A stretch of 64,000 bases of DNA from Candidatus Atopostipes pullistercoris (GCA_019116785.1 DXAZ01000033.1:2941-66940); one strand, 5' to 3'. Counted from the first letter of the stretch, positions 52,031 to 62,220 are shown. Translations and numbers: made by a program. The notes: generated by a model from the letters alone, not told the origin.

Positions 52031-54673
52031 TTATACATCCATAAGCCATTCTTTAGCTGCTTTTAATGCCTCTTGAATTCCAGCTGGATTTTTACCTCCT
52101 GCTTGAGCCATTTCAGGACGGCCGCCACCGCCACCCCCTATTTTAGGGGCAATCTTTTTAATTAAATCTCCCGCTTTAAGACCAGAGGATAGAGCTTTAT
52201 CATTCATAGCTGTTAGCATATTCACCTTATCATCCAAAGCTAATGCCAATACTAAAATATCCGAAGAATTATTCTCTTTCCATTTATCTGCCATTTGTCG
52301 AAGTTGATCCATATCCTTTGCTTCTACTTGTTCGGCGATGATCGTAAAGTCTCCAATCGTTTCCGGATGATCAAAAAGATTACTTGCTTGTTCATTCGCT
52401 AATCTAGCATAAAGCGACTCATTTTCTCGACGCAACTCTTGCAATTCATTAAAGAGAGATTTCACTCGTTCTGTTACTCGTTCGATGGTTTGTGCTTTGG
52501 TCAATTGAGCTGTCTCAGACAAAATCTCTAACTGATCTTCAACCCATTTCATAGCCCCTTCACTTGTACGGGCAACAATGCGGCGAACTCCTGCTCCAAT
52601 CCCCGATTCTGTAGTTATCTTAAACAAGCCGATATCTGAGGTATTCTTGACATGCGTTCCCCCACATAATTCAATGGAATAATCATCAATAGAAACAACC
52701 CGTACGACTTCTCCATATTTTTCGCCAAATAAAGCCATCGCTCCCATTTGTCTTGCTTTATCAAGAGAGGTTACAGTCGTTTCAACCGGATGAGCTTCCC
52801 AAATTTTCTCATTAATAATATTTTCAATTTCTTCCAGTTGTTCACTGGTTACTTGTTCTAAATGAGTAAAATCAAAGCGTAAATGATCGGCAGTTACTAA
52901 TGATCCCGCTTGGTTAACATGAGGACCAACGACATCTTTTAAGGCTTGATGCAATAAGTGAGTCGCTGTATGGTTTCTTTCAATTAACATTCGACGAAGA
53001 ATATTTACTTCTAAACGATAATTTTCGCCTATTTTTAATGGCTCGATTGTTTCTACAAAATGTAAATTTTGTCCAGCAGGAGCTACTTGAGTATCTACTA
53101 CTCTTCCTACTAAATTTCCATCATTATCACGAATAATTCCCTTATCTCCCACTTGTCCACCTTTTTCGGCGTAAAAAGGAGTGTCTTCAAAAACTAATTG
53201 GGCTTTTCTTCTACCGTCGACCTTTTCAACAAATTGATCTTCAAAAATAATAGCCTTTAGTTCACTAGAAACTTTAAGTTCTGTATAACCCACAAATTCA
53301 CTATCTGTTTCTAACTCTGACAGAACTCCTGATTGAGCTTTCATTGATTGATCGTCCCCACGAGCTGCTCGAGCACGTTCTCTTTGTTTTTCCATTTCTT
53401 GAGAAAAACCTTCTAAATCAACAGAAAAACCTCGTTCTTTTGCATACTCTTCAGTTAACTCGACAGGGAAGCCAAAAGTATCATAAAGTAAAAAGGCATC
53501 TTTCCCTGTGACAAGCTCTTCTTTTTTATCCGTTAATTGTTCAAAGACTTCAACTAAATGATCTAGCCCTTCTGATAACGTTTCGTGGAAACGATTTTCT
53601 TCTTTTTGAATCACTTGTATAATAAAAGATTCTTGTGTAAGGACATTAGGATAGAAATCACCCATAATTTCACCGACTACGGGAACCAACTCAGTTAAGA
53701 AGGGTTCATTGATGTCTAGTTTGCGACCATGCATAATGGCTCGACGAATTAAACGACGTAAAACATATCCTCTCCCTTCATTAGAAGGCAAAGCACCATC
53801 GGCAATCGCAAAAGTAACAGCCCGAATATGATCCGCAATGACTTTAAAGCTTTGTTGAAGGTCACCCGCTGTTTTATACTCTTTTCCTGAAAGTTCTTCT
53901 ACTTTATGAATTAATGGCATAAACAAGTCTGTTTCAAAGTTTGTTGGCGCTTCTTGCATCACAGAAACGATTCGTTCTAAGCCCATCCCTGTATCAATAT
54001 TTTTGTTCGGCAAAGGCTCATAAGTTCCATCAGGAAGGTGATTATATTGTGAGAAAACTAAGTTCCAAATTTCTAACCAACGCTCATTCTCTCCTCCAGG
54101 GTAACTTTCCGGATCATCTGCAGGCAAGTCATTATTTTCTGGTCCTCGATCATAAAAGATTTCTGTTTGTGGACCTGAAGGACCTACACCAATATCCCAA
54201 TAGTTTTCATCTTCATCTAGTACGTGGTCTTTTGGAAGACCTATTTTATTTTCCCAAATCTCTCGGGCGTCTTTATCTTCTGTGTGTACCGTCACATATA
54301 ATTTATCTGGATCTAGAGCCAACCACTTCTCAGCCGTTAAAAATTCCCACGCCCATTCAATCGCTTCTTCTTTAAAATAATCACCAATTGAAAAATTTCC
54401 TAACATTTCAAACATTGTATGATGTCGGGCTGTTAATCCAACGTTTTCAATATCATTGGTACGAATACTTTTTTGTGAACTTGTAATGCGTGGATTTTCT
54501 GGAATAACTGAACCATCAAAGTATTTTTTTAAGGTCGCTACACCTGAATTGATCCATAATAAGGTAGGATCATCCACTGGGACTAAGGAAGCACTCTTTT
54601 CTACCTTATGTCCTTTTTCTTTAAAAAACTCAAGAAACATGGAACGTATTTCAGAACTCGTTAATTTTTTCAT
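52031..54673 (-). CDS. alaS: alanine--tRNA ligase
   Basis: 880 aa. MKKLTSSEIRSMFLEFFKEKGH, class II core, editing domain HTATHLL...CGGTH, C-terminal DHHA1 with GGGGGRP. Confidence 0.95.
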   Translation of the reverse strand: MKKLTSSEIRSMFLEFFKEKGHKVEKSASLVPVDDPTLLWINSGVATLKKYFDGSVIPENPRITSSQKSIRTNDIENVGLTARHHTMFEMLGNFSIGDYFKEEAIEWAWEFLTAEKWLALDPDKLYVTVHTEDKDAREIWENKIGLPKDHVLDEDENYWDIGVGPSGPQTEIFYDRGPENNDLPADDPESYPGGENERWLEIWNLVFSQYNHLPDGTYEPLPNKNIDTGMGLERIVSVMQEAPTNFETDLFMPLIHKVEELSGKEYKTAGDLQQSFKVIADHIRAVTFAIADGALPSNEGRGYVLRRLIRRAIMHGRKLDINEPFLTELVPVVGEIMGDFYPNVLTQESFIIQVIQKEENRFHETLSEGLDHLVEVFEQLTDKKEELVTGKDAFLLYDTFGFPVELTEEYAKERGFSVDLEGFSQEMEKQRERARAARGDDQSMKAQSGVLSELETDSEFVGYTELKVSSELKAIIFEDQFVEKVDGRRKAQLVFEDTPFYAEKGGQVGDKGIIRDNDGNLVGRVVDTQVAPAGQNLHFVETIEPLKIGENYRLEVNILRRMLIERNHTATHLLHQALKDVVGPHVNQAGSLVTADHLRFDFTHLEQVTSEQLEEIENIINEKIWEAHPVETTVTSLDKARQMGAMALFGEKYGEVVRVVSIDDYSIELCGGTHVKNTSDIGLFKITTESGIGAGVRRIVARTSEGAMKWVEDQLEILSETAQLTKAQTIERVTERVKSLFNELQELRRENESLYARLANEQASNLFDHPETIGDFTIIAEQVEAKDMDQLRQMADKWKENNSSDILVLALALDDKVNMLTAMNDKALSSGLKAGDLIKKIAPKIGGGGGGRPEMAQAGGKNPAGIQEALKAAKEWLMDV

Positions 54674-54946
54674 CTTTTTCTCCTCAATTTCTTTATTTTT
54701 TTACATAAAAAACGAGTAATCTCATTGCGACAAGGACGACTCTACGCGGTACCACCTTGATTGCAATGACATTACTCGTTCATTACCTCTTTTTGTAATT
54801 TAACACATTACTTGCGGTATGATTTCTCATACAATTTTTTATTTAAATAATATTTTAATCATTAGGGAGCATTTATTAAGGATTATTCGCACCTTTCACC
54901 CTCTATGCGTCGCTGTAAATAAACAGATTAATAAACATGTCCTATA
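54674..54946 (-). promoter_or_regulatory. T-box leader of alaS (tRNA-Ala responsive)
   Basis: Minus strand shows AGAGGG and GGTGCGA Stem-I elements. Candidate GCT specifier lies in ...TTAATAAATGCTCCCTA. T-box sequence CAAGGTGGTACCGCG is at 54745-54759. Hairpin 54711-54780 is followed by T6, then GAGGAG RBS and ATG. Confidence 0.8.
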
Positions 54947-54953
54947 CTTGAAT

Positions 54954-54982
54954 ACTATAATGTCTTAAAGAGCTATTGTCAA
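54954..54982 (-). promoter_or_regulatory. alaS promoter
   Basis: Minus strand TTGACA (54982-54977), 17 nt, TATAGT (54959-54954). Confidence 0.65.
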
Positions 54983-55028
54983 ATTATTTCTCACAAAATA
55001 TGATATAAAAAAACTTACAAAGAGGAAT

Positions 55029-55072
55029 AAAAATACATCCTTTCTTTTCAAAATAGAAAGGATGTATTTTTT
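55029..55072. terminator. terminator after cstA
   Basis: AAAATACATCCTTTCT-loop-AGAAAGGATGTATTTT: 16-bp stem with T-runs on both strands. Confidence 0.85.
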
Positions 55073-55079
55073 AATATTC

Positions 55080-56564
55080 TTATTTATGTGTCATTAACTC
55101 TGGGTATAAATCCGCGATGTCTTTTTGATCATTTAGTAAATCGCTATCCGAAGTTATAGACTCTGACATTTTTTTCATTTGATGAGCAAAGGCGACTAAT
55201 ATTATACCGACCAGTACTACACTAATATAGTAAGAAAGATGCATATCTAAGCCAAAACCGATTTGTTCGGTTAAGAGATACAAAATCACCATATATAACA
55301 TAAATACTCCTGGCACAAGTGTCACAAAATAATTTCGTTTTTTCAAGAATAAATAAGCGGAACTAACAAACAAAGCAATGACTGCCGTCGCTTGGTTCGC
55401 CCAATTGAAGTAACGCCATAAAAGATTGAAATCAATAAACATCAATGCCCCACTAATAGCAAAAATAGGAATTGCAATAACAAATCGTTTACTGTAGGCT
55501 TTTTGATCAATTTTAAGATAGTCCGCAATGACCATTCTTAAACTACGAAAAGCCGTATCTCCTGAAGTAATAGGTAAAACAATAACCCCTAAAATGGCAA
55601 TCGTGCCCCCCACAGAGCCTAACAACATAAGTGAAATTTCACTAACCGCTGCTGAAGCTGTTCCTTCTGCAATAATTTGACTTAGAGTTTGACCATCAAA
55701 TAAAGCCATAGCTGCTGCTGCCCAAATCATTGCAATAATTCCTTCAGCAATCATTGCCCCATAGAAAACAAAACGACCTTGCCCTTCTTTCTCAACAGTT
55801 CTTGATATAATCGGACTTTGTGTGGCATGAAAACCAGACAATGCTCCACAAGAAATAGTAAAAAACAACCCTGGAATAATTGGCACATTATCAGGATGCA
55901 TATTTTGTAAGCTTAGTTCAGGAACATTTACTATATTGCCACTAGTAAATAAAGTAATCCCTACCCCAGCACAGGCTAATAATAAAACAGCCCCAAATAC
56001 AGGATAAATTCGCCCAATCACTTTATCAATGGGTAAGACGGTTGAAAGAAAATAATAAATAAATATTACAATTACCCATCCCCAACGGCTAAGAAAACCA
56101 TTCGTTACTTCTTCCAATAAAGAAGCAGGTGATGTAACAAAAACAGTCCCTACTAATAACAGTAAAAGAGCCGTGAAAAGATTTACAACGTGTTTCATCG
56201 ATTTTCCTAGATATTTTCCTGAAAGTTCTGGTAAATGTGCCCCATTATTTCTTAAAGAAATCATCCCCAGATAATAATCATGCACAGCTCCCGCAAAAAT
56301 ATTTCCAACGACGATCCAAATAAAAGCTACTGGACCGTATAATGCTCCCATTATAGGACCAAAAATTGGACCCGTCCCAGCAATATTCAATAATTGAATC
56401 AACCAGTTTTTATTTTTTGACATCGGAATAAAGTCACTACCATCTTCCAATACATAAGCTGGAGTCTGACGTTTGGGTTCAACACCAAAATTTTTAATAA
56501 TAACTTTTGAATAAAAATAATAGCCTAAAAATAATAATATAATCCCGCCAATAAATGAATACAA
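55080..56564 (-). CDS. cstA: carbon starvation protein A family transporter
   Basis: 494 aa polytopic membrane protein. NWLIQLLNIAGTGPIFGPIMGALYGP is the CstA N-terminal signature. Confidence 0.85.
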   Translation of the reverse strand: MYSFIGGIILLFLGYYFYSKVIIKNFGVEPKRQTPAYVLEDGSDFIPMSKNKNWLIQLLNIAGTGPIFGPIMGALYGPVAFIWIVVGNIFAGAVHDYYLGMISLRNNGAHLPELSGKYLGKSMKHVVNLFTALLLLLVGTVFVTSPASLLEEVTNGFLSRWGWVIVIFIYYFLSTVLPIDKVIGRIYPVFGAVLLLACAGVGITLFTSGNIVNVPELSLQNMHPDNVPIIPGLFFTISCGALSGFHATQSPIISRTVEKEGQGRFVFYGAMIAEGIIAMIWAAAAMALFDGQTLSQIIAEGTASAAVSEISLMLLGSVGGTIAILGVIVLPITSGDTAFRSLRMVIADYLKIDQKAYSKRFVIAIPIFAISGALMFIDFNLLWRYFNWANQATAVIALFVSSAYLFLKKRNYFVTLVPGVFMLYMVILYLLTEQIGFGLDMHLSYYISVVLVGIILVAFAHQMKKMSESITSDSDLLNDQKDIADLYPELMTHK

Positions 56565-56904
56565 ATAAAACCCTCCTATACGATTTTTATTTTAAAAAGG
56601 AAAGCGCTCCCAAATAAATTATGTGAATAATATAACAAAAAATACAGGGAATTACAACCACAAATATTGTTAATTAATTATTTGTCATTCCCTTATTTGG
56701 AAAACCAACAGCCACTATTTCACGATATGAAAATAATCTTAGAAATTCTAATCCCTTTTATAATCTATTTTTCTTATAAAAAATTCAGATGAATAGAAAA
56801 TCGAAGATTTTCTAAACCTTCTAAAAGTTTCTTAAAGATCTTTAGTATGTTTTATTAATTATTTTTGTAAAATAACTTCTCTGCTATTTTCTACTGCTTT
56901 TTCG

Positions 56905-57352
56905 TATGCGGTAGAATGCTCCTGCGCGTGAGATTCTGCATTTTCTGAGCGGTGGACTGTTCCAGCGCGTGGGATTCTACATTTCCTGAGCGGTGGACCT
57001 TCCTTGCGCGTGAGATTCTACATTTTCTGAGCGGTGGACCATTCCTGCGCGTGAGATTCCGCATTTTCCGAGCGGTGGAGCCCTCCTGCGCGTGGGATTC
57101 TGCATTTTCCGAGCGGTGGACCTTCCCTGCGCGTGGGATTCTGCATTTCCTGAGCGGTGGACCATTCCCGCGCGTGGAATTCTGCGATTCCCGAGCGGTG
57201 GACCATTCCCGCGCGTGGGATTCTGCATTTTCCGAGTGGTGGAGCCCTCCTGCGCGTGGGATTCTGTATTTTCCGAATGGTGGACCATCCCCACGCGTGA
57301 AATTCTACAATTCCGAGCGGTGGAGAATTCCGCATTTTCCGAAATGTGAGAT
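56905..57352. repeat. tandem array of at least 10 copies of a GC-rich 41-bp unit
   Basis: GCGCGTG motif starts at 56924, 56965, 57006, 57047, 57088, 57129, 57170, 57211, 57252 and 57293 (ACGCGTG): exactly 41 bp apart. Degenerate partial units at both ends. Consensus about GCGCGTGGGATTCTGCATTTTCCGAGCGGTGGACCATTCCC. Confidence 0.9.
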
Positions 57353-57523
57353 TTATAGGTTTTATGGTGTCTGAGGTAGTGTCTGAGATAGCTTGGACGA
57401 ATTTTTTACATGATAAATCGAGTGTTGAGAAGACCTGAATTAATTATCTACGATATCCATGATAAATTGAAAGTACCCATACAGAATATTTTTGTAGGTT
57501 CTATAAAGAATCACAAATTATTT

Positions 57524-57568
57524 AAAAAAATGGTGCCCATGAATTAATTTTTAATTCATGAGCACCAT
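57524..57568 (-). terminator. minCD operon terminator
   Basis: Minus strand ATGGTGCTCATGAATTAA-loop-TTAATTCATGGGCACCAT (one mismatch) followed by T7. Confidence 0.85.
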
Positions 57569-57662
57569 AAAAGATAAAACATTAAAAAGTCCAAAAAGAG
57601 AATACAGGAAAACTGTACGCTCTCATTCATTTTATTTATTGGATGTGACTAAGAGTGGAAGT

Positions 57663-58466
57663 CTAGTCTTTATTCATAAAGCCAAACAGACGCTTCCAGA
57701 ATGGCTGCTTAACTTCTTCTTTGATTGTTAATAAGGGAACGGATTCGCCTAGAATACGTCGCGCAATGTTGCGATAGCCTTTACTTGAGATATGGTCAGG
57801 ATCTAGTACAACTGGATCCCCATGATTCGATGTACGGACAACTTGTTCATCTTCATAGATTATTCCTAACAACTCGATAGAAAGATGACGAGAAATTTCT
57901 TCAATATCCATCACATCTCCTGAATCCATCATTTCTTTGCGGATTCGATTAATCACTAATTTTGGTGGTTCAATCTCTCGCTGTTCCAAAATACCAACGA
58001 TTCTATCTGCATCTCGAATAGCTGAAATCTCAGGCGTTGTAATGATAATAGCCGCATCTGCAGCTACAACTGAGTTTTCAAAGCCTTGTTCAATACCTGC
58101 TGGAGAATCCACTAAAATATAATCATAATATTCATCCAAATCTTCAATGATTTCTTTCATCATTTCTGGATTTATTGCATTTTTATCTGCATGTTGTGCT
58201 GCAGGTAATAAAAATAATAAATCATCAAAACGTTTATCTTTAATTAGTGCTTGATGTAATTTGGCTCGCCCTTCAGCTACATCCACGACATCATAAATAA
58301 TACGATTTTCTAGACCCAAAACAACATCCAAATTACGCAAGCCAATATCCATATCAATTAAACAAACTTTTTTACCTTGTAAAGCCAAAGCTGTCCCAAT
58401 ATTTGCTGTAGAAGTTGTTTTTCCCACACCACCTTTACCAGAGGTGATTACAATTGTTTTTGCCAT
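57663..58466 (-). CDS. minD: septum site-determining ATPase MinD
   Basis: MAKTIVITSGKGGVGKTT deviant Walker A; C-terminal amphipathic helix ...FWKRLFGFM. Confidence 0.93.
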   Translation of the reverse strand: MAKTIVITSGKGGVGKTTSTANIGTALALQGKKVCLIDMDIGLRNLDVVLGLENRIIYDVVDVAEGRAKLHQALIKDKRFDDLLFLLPAAQHADKNAINPEMMKEIIEDLDEYYDYILVDSPAGIEQGFENSVVAADAAIIITTPEISAIRDADRIVGILEQREIEPPKLVINRIRKEMMDSGDVMDIEEISRHLSIELLGIIYEDEQVVRTSNHGDPVVLDPDHISSKGYRNIARRILGESVPLLTIKEEVKQPFWKRLFGFMNKD

Positions 58467-59173
58467 TCTTCGAATCCTCCTAAATCTTTAGCAAAATCCG
58501 GTCGAATTCGAGTTAAATCTTCGACTTCTCCAAATTCGATCATATGTAAATCATTTAAATAGACAACTTGATGTCTTGTTAAATGTTCAAAATTTATCTC
58601 TTCTGATTCTTCATCTGCATTTTTTTCAATAATTTCAACATGTTCGCCAATACGAACCTGAGCATCATATAAAAAAGGAGCCACAATAATTGCATCCTCA
58701 TCTCCTTTTGAGCCGGCATGAATGGTTCCTTTAACATCCCCAATCACAACCACACTTCCTGCTGAACGAACAACAGCACCCGGACGAATATCCCCAAACA
58801 AAATAAGATCTCGATCAGTCTGTACGATTTGACCGTTTCTTATATTCCGAACAACCATTTTCGGAGAAGTCTCCTCATGCCAACGATCTGCTAATTGTTT
58901 ATCGATAACGTCTTCTGAAAAACACTTGATCACAAAATTTGTATGCTCACTAATCTTTTCAGTTAAAGCTTCTTTCGTCGCTTCATCCAATATGCGATGC
59001 TTCGTATCAATGATTAAGTTAAAATTTTGTTCATGTTTATTGTCTTTTTTTATTTGTTCGAATAAACGATCAAGTTCTTCGTTTATTTCATCTAAGCTTG
59101 CTTGGTCGTTCAAAATTAAAAAATAGCCTTCGTTCGTTCCTTTCAATGTTACCTTTTTTTCCAATTTATGCAC
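58448..59173 (-). CDS. minC: septum site-determining protein MinC
   Basis: 241 aa. VTLKGTNEGYFLIL N-domain and a beta-helical C-domain (GDIRPGAVVRSAGSVVVIGDVKGTIHAG). Upstream of and overlapping minD. Confidence 0.88.
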   Translation of the reverse strand: MHKLEKKVTLKGTNEGYFLILNDQASLDEINEELDRLFEQIKKDNKHEQNFNLIIDTKHRILDEATKEALTEKISEHTNFVIKCFSEDVIDKQLADRWHEETSPKMVVRNIRNGQIVQTDRDLILFGDIRPGAVVRSAGSVVVIGDVKGTIHAGSKGDEDAIIVAPFLYDAQVRIGEHVEIIEKNADEESEEINFEHLTRHQVVYLNDLHMIEFGEVEDLTRIRPDFAKDLGGFEEWQKQL

Positions 59174-59704
59174 CTACCTAAGCTGAGACTCTTCTATTAT
59201 ATTAACAATTAAAAGATGTATAAAGTAACTAAATAAAAACATTACAATTCCATTAAATAACAAAGTAGCACTCAATCTAGAAACAATAAAATATTGAATA
59301 GGAATTGTGGTAATTGCAAGAATCCGCATAATTCCATAAGCAATTATTTCTACTAATGTAATGCCTAAAATTCCAATCAAAGTATAAGAAAGGACATTTG
59401 GATGAATCACTCGCTTTAGACTATAGGTTAAATAAGCCACTAAAACGAGTGAAGGCATATAAACGCCTAAAAATCCTAAATAATAAGAATCCATTATAAA
59501 TCCAAAAGCAGCAGCACTTCCCAGCATAAATCCTTCCTTATAATGAAAAGATAAAATAATAATCATTAATACAATAGTACGTGGAACAACTAATCCAAGA
59601 CTAGTGTCTAATGTTGATGTAAAATTATTTGCAATAAAACCATCGATTAGAACGGAAGAAAACATAAGTAAGATTGCTGTCAAATTTTGTCGCCATTTTT
59701 CCAT
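59174..59704 (-). CDS. mreD: rod shape-determining protein MreD
   Basis: Polytopic small membrane protein between mreC and minC. Start trimmed to ATG 59704 (MEKWRQNL), 8 nt after the mreC stop. The track start 59746 would overlap mreC by 35 nt. Confidence 0.8.
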   Translation of the reverse strand: MEKWRQNLTAILLMFSSVLIDGFIANNFTSTLDTSLGLVVPRTIVLMIIILSFHYKEGFMLGSAAAFGFIMDSYYLGFLGVYMPSLVLVAYLTYSLKRVIHPNVLSYTLIGILGITLVEIIAYGIMRILAITTIPIQYFIVSRLSATLLFNGIVMFLFSYFIHLLIVNIIEESQLR

Positions 59705-59711
59705 GAATATC

Positions 59712-60602
59712 TTACTCACTTTCTTCTTCCGTGTCCGCTGAATCATTCAATTCATCTACTGTTTCAGCTTCTCGATTAATAATTGTTACAAAACGGATAT
59801 CCTCAAAATCTGTAGCAGGTTCAATATAAACCCGCTGACCTAAACCGTGACGATCTAGCGAAACTTCAGAAACTGTTCCGATTAACAATCCACGGGGAAC
59901 AAGTCCACCTAAACCGGAAGATATAACTTCAGCCCCTTCTTCAATGGTGGCTGTTGAAGTAATTTGTTCCATAACTAAAGCTTTTCTGTTCGTATCATAG
60001 CCGTTAATTACCCCAAAGAGAATTTCGTCTTCCAAAGCGATTTCTGCACTTGTATACACAGCTGCTTCATCGTTAGTGGTCAGTAATGTTACCTTAGAAC
60101 TCGTTGGATTAACTTCCACTACACGACCAATTAAACCGTTATTGGACATGACTGACATCCCGTTCACTAATCCATCACGACTTCCACGATCAATAATCAC
60201 TTGATCAATCCATTTATCCGGATTTCGGGCAATAACTGTTCCACTTATTGTATTATAATCGGTTAAGGTGGCTTGTAATTCTAGCTCTTCTTGTAGTTTT
60301 TGATTTTCATTGGTTACGGTTGTAAGTTCCGCTTGCATTTCTGCTAATTCATTCAATTTTGACTTAAGTTCTTTATTTTCTTCAAAAGTATTTTGTAGAT
60401 TATTGATATCAGAAAATAAGCCATTTAACGCATTTATCGGCTTAGAAACCACTCTTCCAGCTACTGAGGTGATATCATTTACTACTTGTTGAAGATATGG
60501 AGCAGACCCAAAATTATTAAATGAAAACCAGAGAATTCCTATAAAAAACATTAAACTAACTAATAAAGTGATTAGTTTTTTGTTATTAAAATATTGTTTC
60601 AA
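59712..60602 (-). CDS. mreC: rod shape-determining protein MreC
   Basis: N-terminal TM, coiled coil (LQNTFEENKELKSKLNEL), beta-barrel domains (GLIGRVVEV, GLLIGTV). Start set to TTG 60602 (MKQYFNNKKLI), 7 nt after GAGGAG. Confidence 0.85.
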   Translation of the reverse strand: MKQYFNNKKLITLLVSLMFFIGILWFSFNNFGSAPYLQQVVNDITSVAGRVVSKPINALNGLFSDINNLQNTFEENKELKSKLNELAEMQAELTTVTNENQKLQEELELQATLTDYNTISGTVIARNPDKWIDQVIIDRGSRDGLVNGMSVMSNNGLIGRVVEVNPTSSKVTLLTTNDEAAVYTSAEIALEDEILFGVINGYDTNRKALVMEQITSTATIEEGAEVISSGLGGLVPRGLLIGTVSEVSLDRHGLGQRVYIEPATDFEDIRFVTIINREAETVDELNDSADTEEESE

Positions 60603-60708
60603 CTGATCACTCCTCAACTTCACTCATTTTTTTGCATATTTAAAGGCCAAAGAGTTGGTCTTTATTAATAGAAACCACTCAAATTCTCTTTAGACTTTTT
60701 CAGTTAGC

Positions 60709-61722
60709 TTAAACTTTTTTCCCTTGTAATAGTTCAACATGCTTTAAGGTTAAACCCGTTCCCATTGCTACACAATTTAGTGGATCATTTGCTACAAAGA
60801 CAGGAACATCTGTTTCATCTGAAATGACTTCTGCTAAACCATTTAATAAAGCTCCTCCACCGGTTAAAACAATTCCACGATCAATCACATCTGCAGAAAT
60901 TTCAGGAGGGGTATCTTCTAAGGTCTCTTTAACGATGCTCATAATATCTGAAACCACTTCACTGATTGCTTCGCTAATGTCTGTGGCTTTAATAGAAATC
61001 GTTTGAGGTAATCCTGTGACCAAATCACGTCCGCGTATTTCTGTCTCACCAAGTTCTTTTGCTGCCTCAGCGGATGCACTACCTAATTCAATTTTTACCG
61101 ATTCGGCCGTACGCTCACCGATTAATAAATTATATTTATTTCGAATGTATGAAATAATAGCTTCATCCATTGCATCTCCAGCTGATCGATTCATTCGTCC
61201 AGACACAATTCCTCCAAGAGAAATTGTTGCAACATCTGTAGTTCCTCCACCAATATCTACCACCATACTACCTGTTGGTTCATTTACCGGTAAATCAGCT
61301 CCTATCGCTGCGGCAAAAGGCTCTTCAATCAAGAAAGCATCACTTGCTCCAGCAAGTCTTGCAGCATCAATTACTGCTCGTTTTTCTACTTCTGTTCCAC
61401 CACCTGGTACACAAATAACAACTTGAGGTTTGGAACCAAAGCGACTGCTCGTTTTATTAATAAAATATTCCATCATAGCAGCTGTTGTATCAAAATCAGC
61501 AATCACACCATCTTTCATTGGCCGCGTAGCTACGATACTGCCAGGGGTACGTCCAATCATGTTATTGGCATCTTCACCTACAGCCACAATATCCCCTGTT
61601 TCTTTCTCTAAAGCAACTACAGATGGTTCACCAATAATAATTCCTTTACCTTCTACATAAACATTTGTATTTGCTGTTCCTAAATCTATTCCAATACGTT
61701 TTTTGTTAAACCATAAAACCAT
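60709..61722 (-). CDS. mreB: rod shape-determining actin homolog MreB
   Basis: [36 protein letters not shown]: actin-fold phosphate and adenosine motifs. Confidence 0.93.
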   Translation of the reverse strand: MVLWFNKKRIGIDLGTANTNVYVEGKGIIIGEPSVVALEKETGDIVAVGEDANNMIGRTPGSIVATRPMKDGVIADFDTTAAMMEYFINKTSSRFGSKPQVVICVPGGGTEVEKRAVIDAARLAGASDAFLIEEPFAAAIGADLPVNEPTGSMVVDIGGGTTDVATISLGGIVSGRMNRSAGDAMDEAIISYIRNKYNLLIGERTAESVKIELGSASAEAAKELGETEIRGRDLVTGLPQTISIKATDISEAISEVVSDIMSIVKETLEDTPPEISADVIDRGIVLTGGGALLNGLAEVISDETDVPVFVANDPLNCVAMGTGLTLKHVELLQGKKV

Positions 61723-61940
61723 GAAAAATCTCCTTTTGTAAAAAATCTATTGTAAGATTTGATTCCTTTATTTCTAGTAAATATTTTTCTAGCTGTTGCA
61801 AAATACATCTACTTCAATGATTTTGCCTATTGCCTATTGTACCTGTTTATTTACCCTTTTGCATTAAGAATGCAAAAAAAAATATGAAAATCTCTTTAAT
61901 TACCGAGCACATAGTAAGTGTATGGATTATTTACTTTAAA

Positions 61941-61976
61941 ATAAGAAAACCGAGGGACAATACTGCCTCCTCGGTT
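61941..61976 (-). terminator. csp terminator
   Basis: Minus strand AACCGAGG-loop-CCTCGGTT followed by TTCTTATTTT. Confidence 0.75.
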
Positions 61977-62019
61977 CATTATTTGTAAAATTAATTTTTA
62001 CAATTCGATTTTAAAGAAA

Positions 62020-62220
62020 TTAAGCTTTTTGAACGTTAGCTGCTTGTGGTCCACGGTCGCCTTCTTCAATATCGAAAGTAACTGTTTGACCTTCTTCTAA
62101 TGTTTTGAATCCTTCTTCATTGATTGCTGAGAAGTGTACAAATACGTCGTCTGCACCTTCACGTTCGATAAAACCGAATCCTTTTTCTGCGTTAAACCAT
62201 TTTACTGTTCCTGTTTCCAT
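62020..62220 (-). CDS. cold shock protein (CspA family)
   Basis: [33 protein letters not shown] with RNP1 and RNP2 motifs. 66 aa. Confidence 0.93.
   Translation of the reverse strand: METGTVKWFNAEKGFGFIEREGADDVFVHFSAINEEGFKTLEEGQTVTFDIEEGDRGPQAANVQKA

Noticed and set aside
56794-56814. Perfect palindrome TAGAAAATC-GAA-GATTTTCTA ~230 bp upstream of cstA
   Set aside because: It is an AT-rich 9-bp palindrome in an AT-rich spacer with no second copy. It could be an operator, but chance cannot be excluded. It is not reported as a feature.
56905-57352. Possible CRISPR array
   Set aside because: The whole 41-bp unit repeats head to tail. There are no unique spacers, no leader and no cas genes anywhere in the window. 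It is a tandem repeat, not a CRISPR.
56952-57374. Track ORFs of 85-140 aa on both strands across the repeat (56952-57374 +, 57092-57349 +, 56977-57294 -, 57018-57335 -)
   Set aside because: They exist only because the GC-rich unit is poor in stop codons. With a 41-nt period the frame rotates through all three phases. They have no RBS and mutually overlap on both strands. They give low-complexity W/R/P-rich products.
57411-57548. 45-codon plus-strand ORF (MINRVLRRPELIIYDIHDKL...) between the repeat array and the min terminator
   Set aside because: It has no SD, and its 3-prime end runs into the terminator hairpin. It is likely chance.
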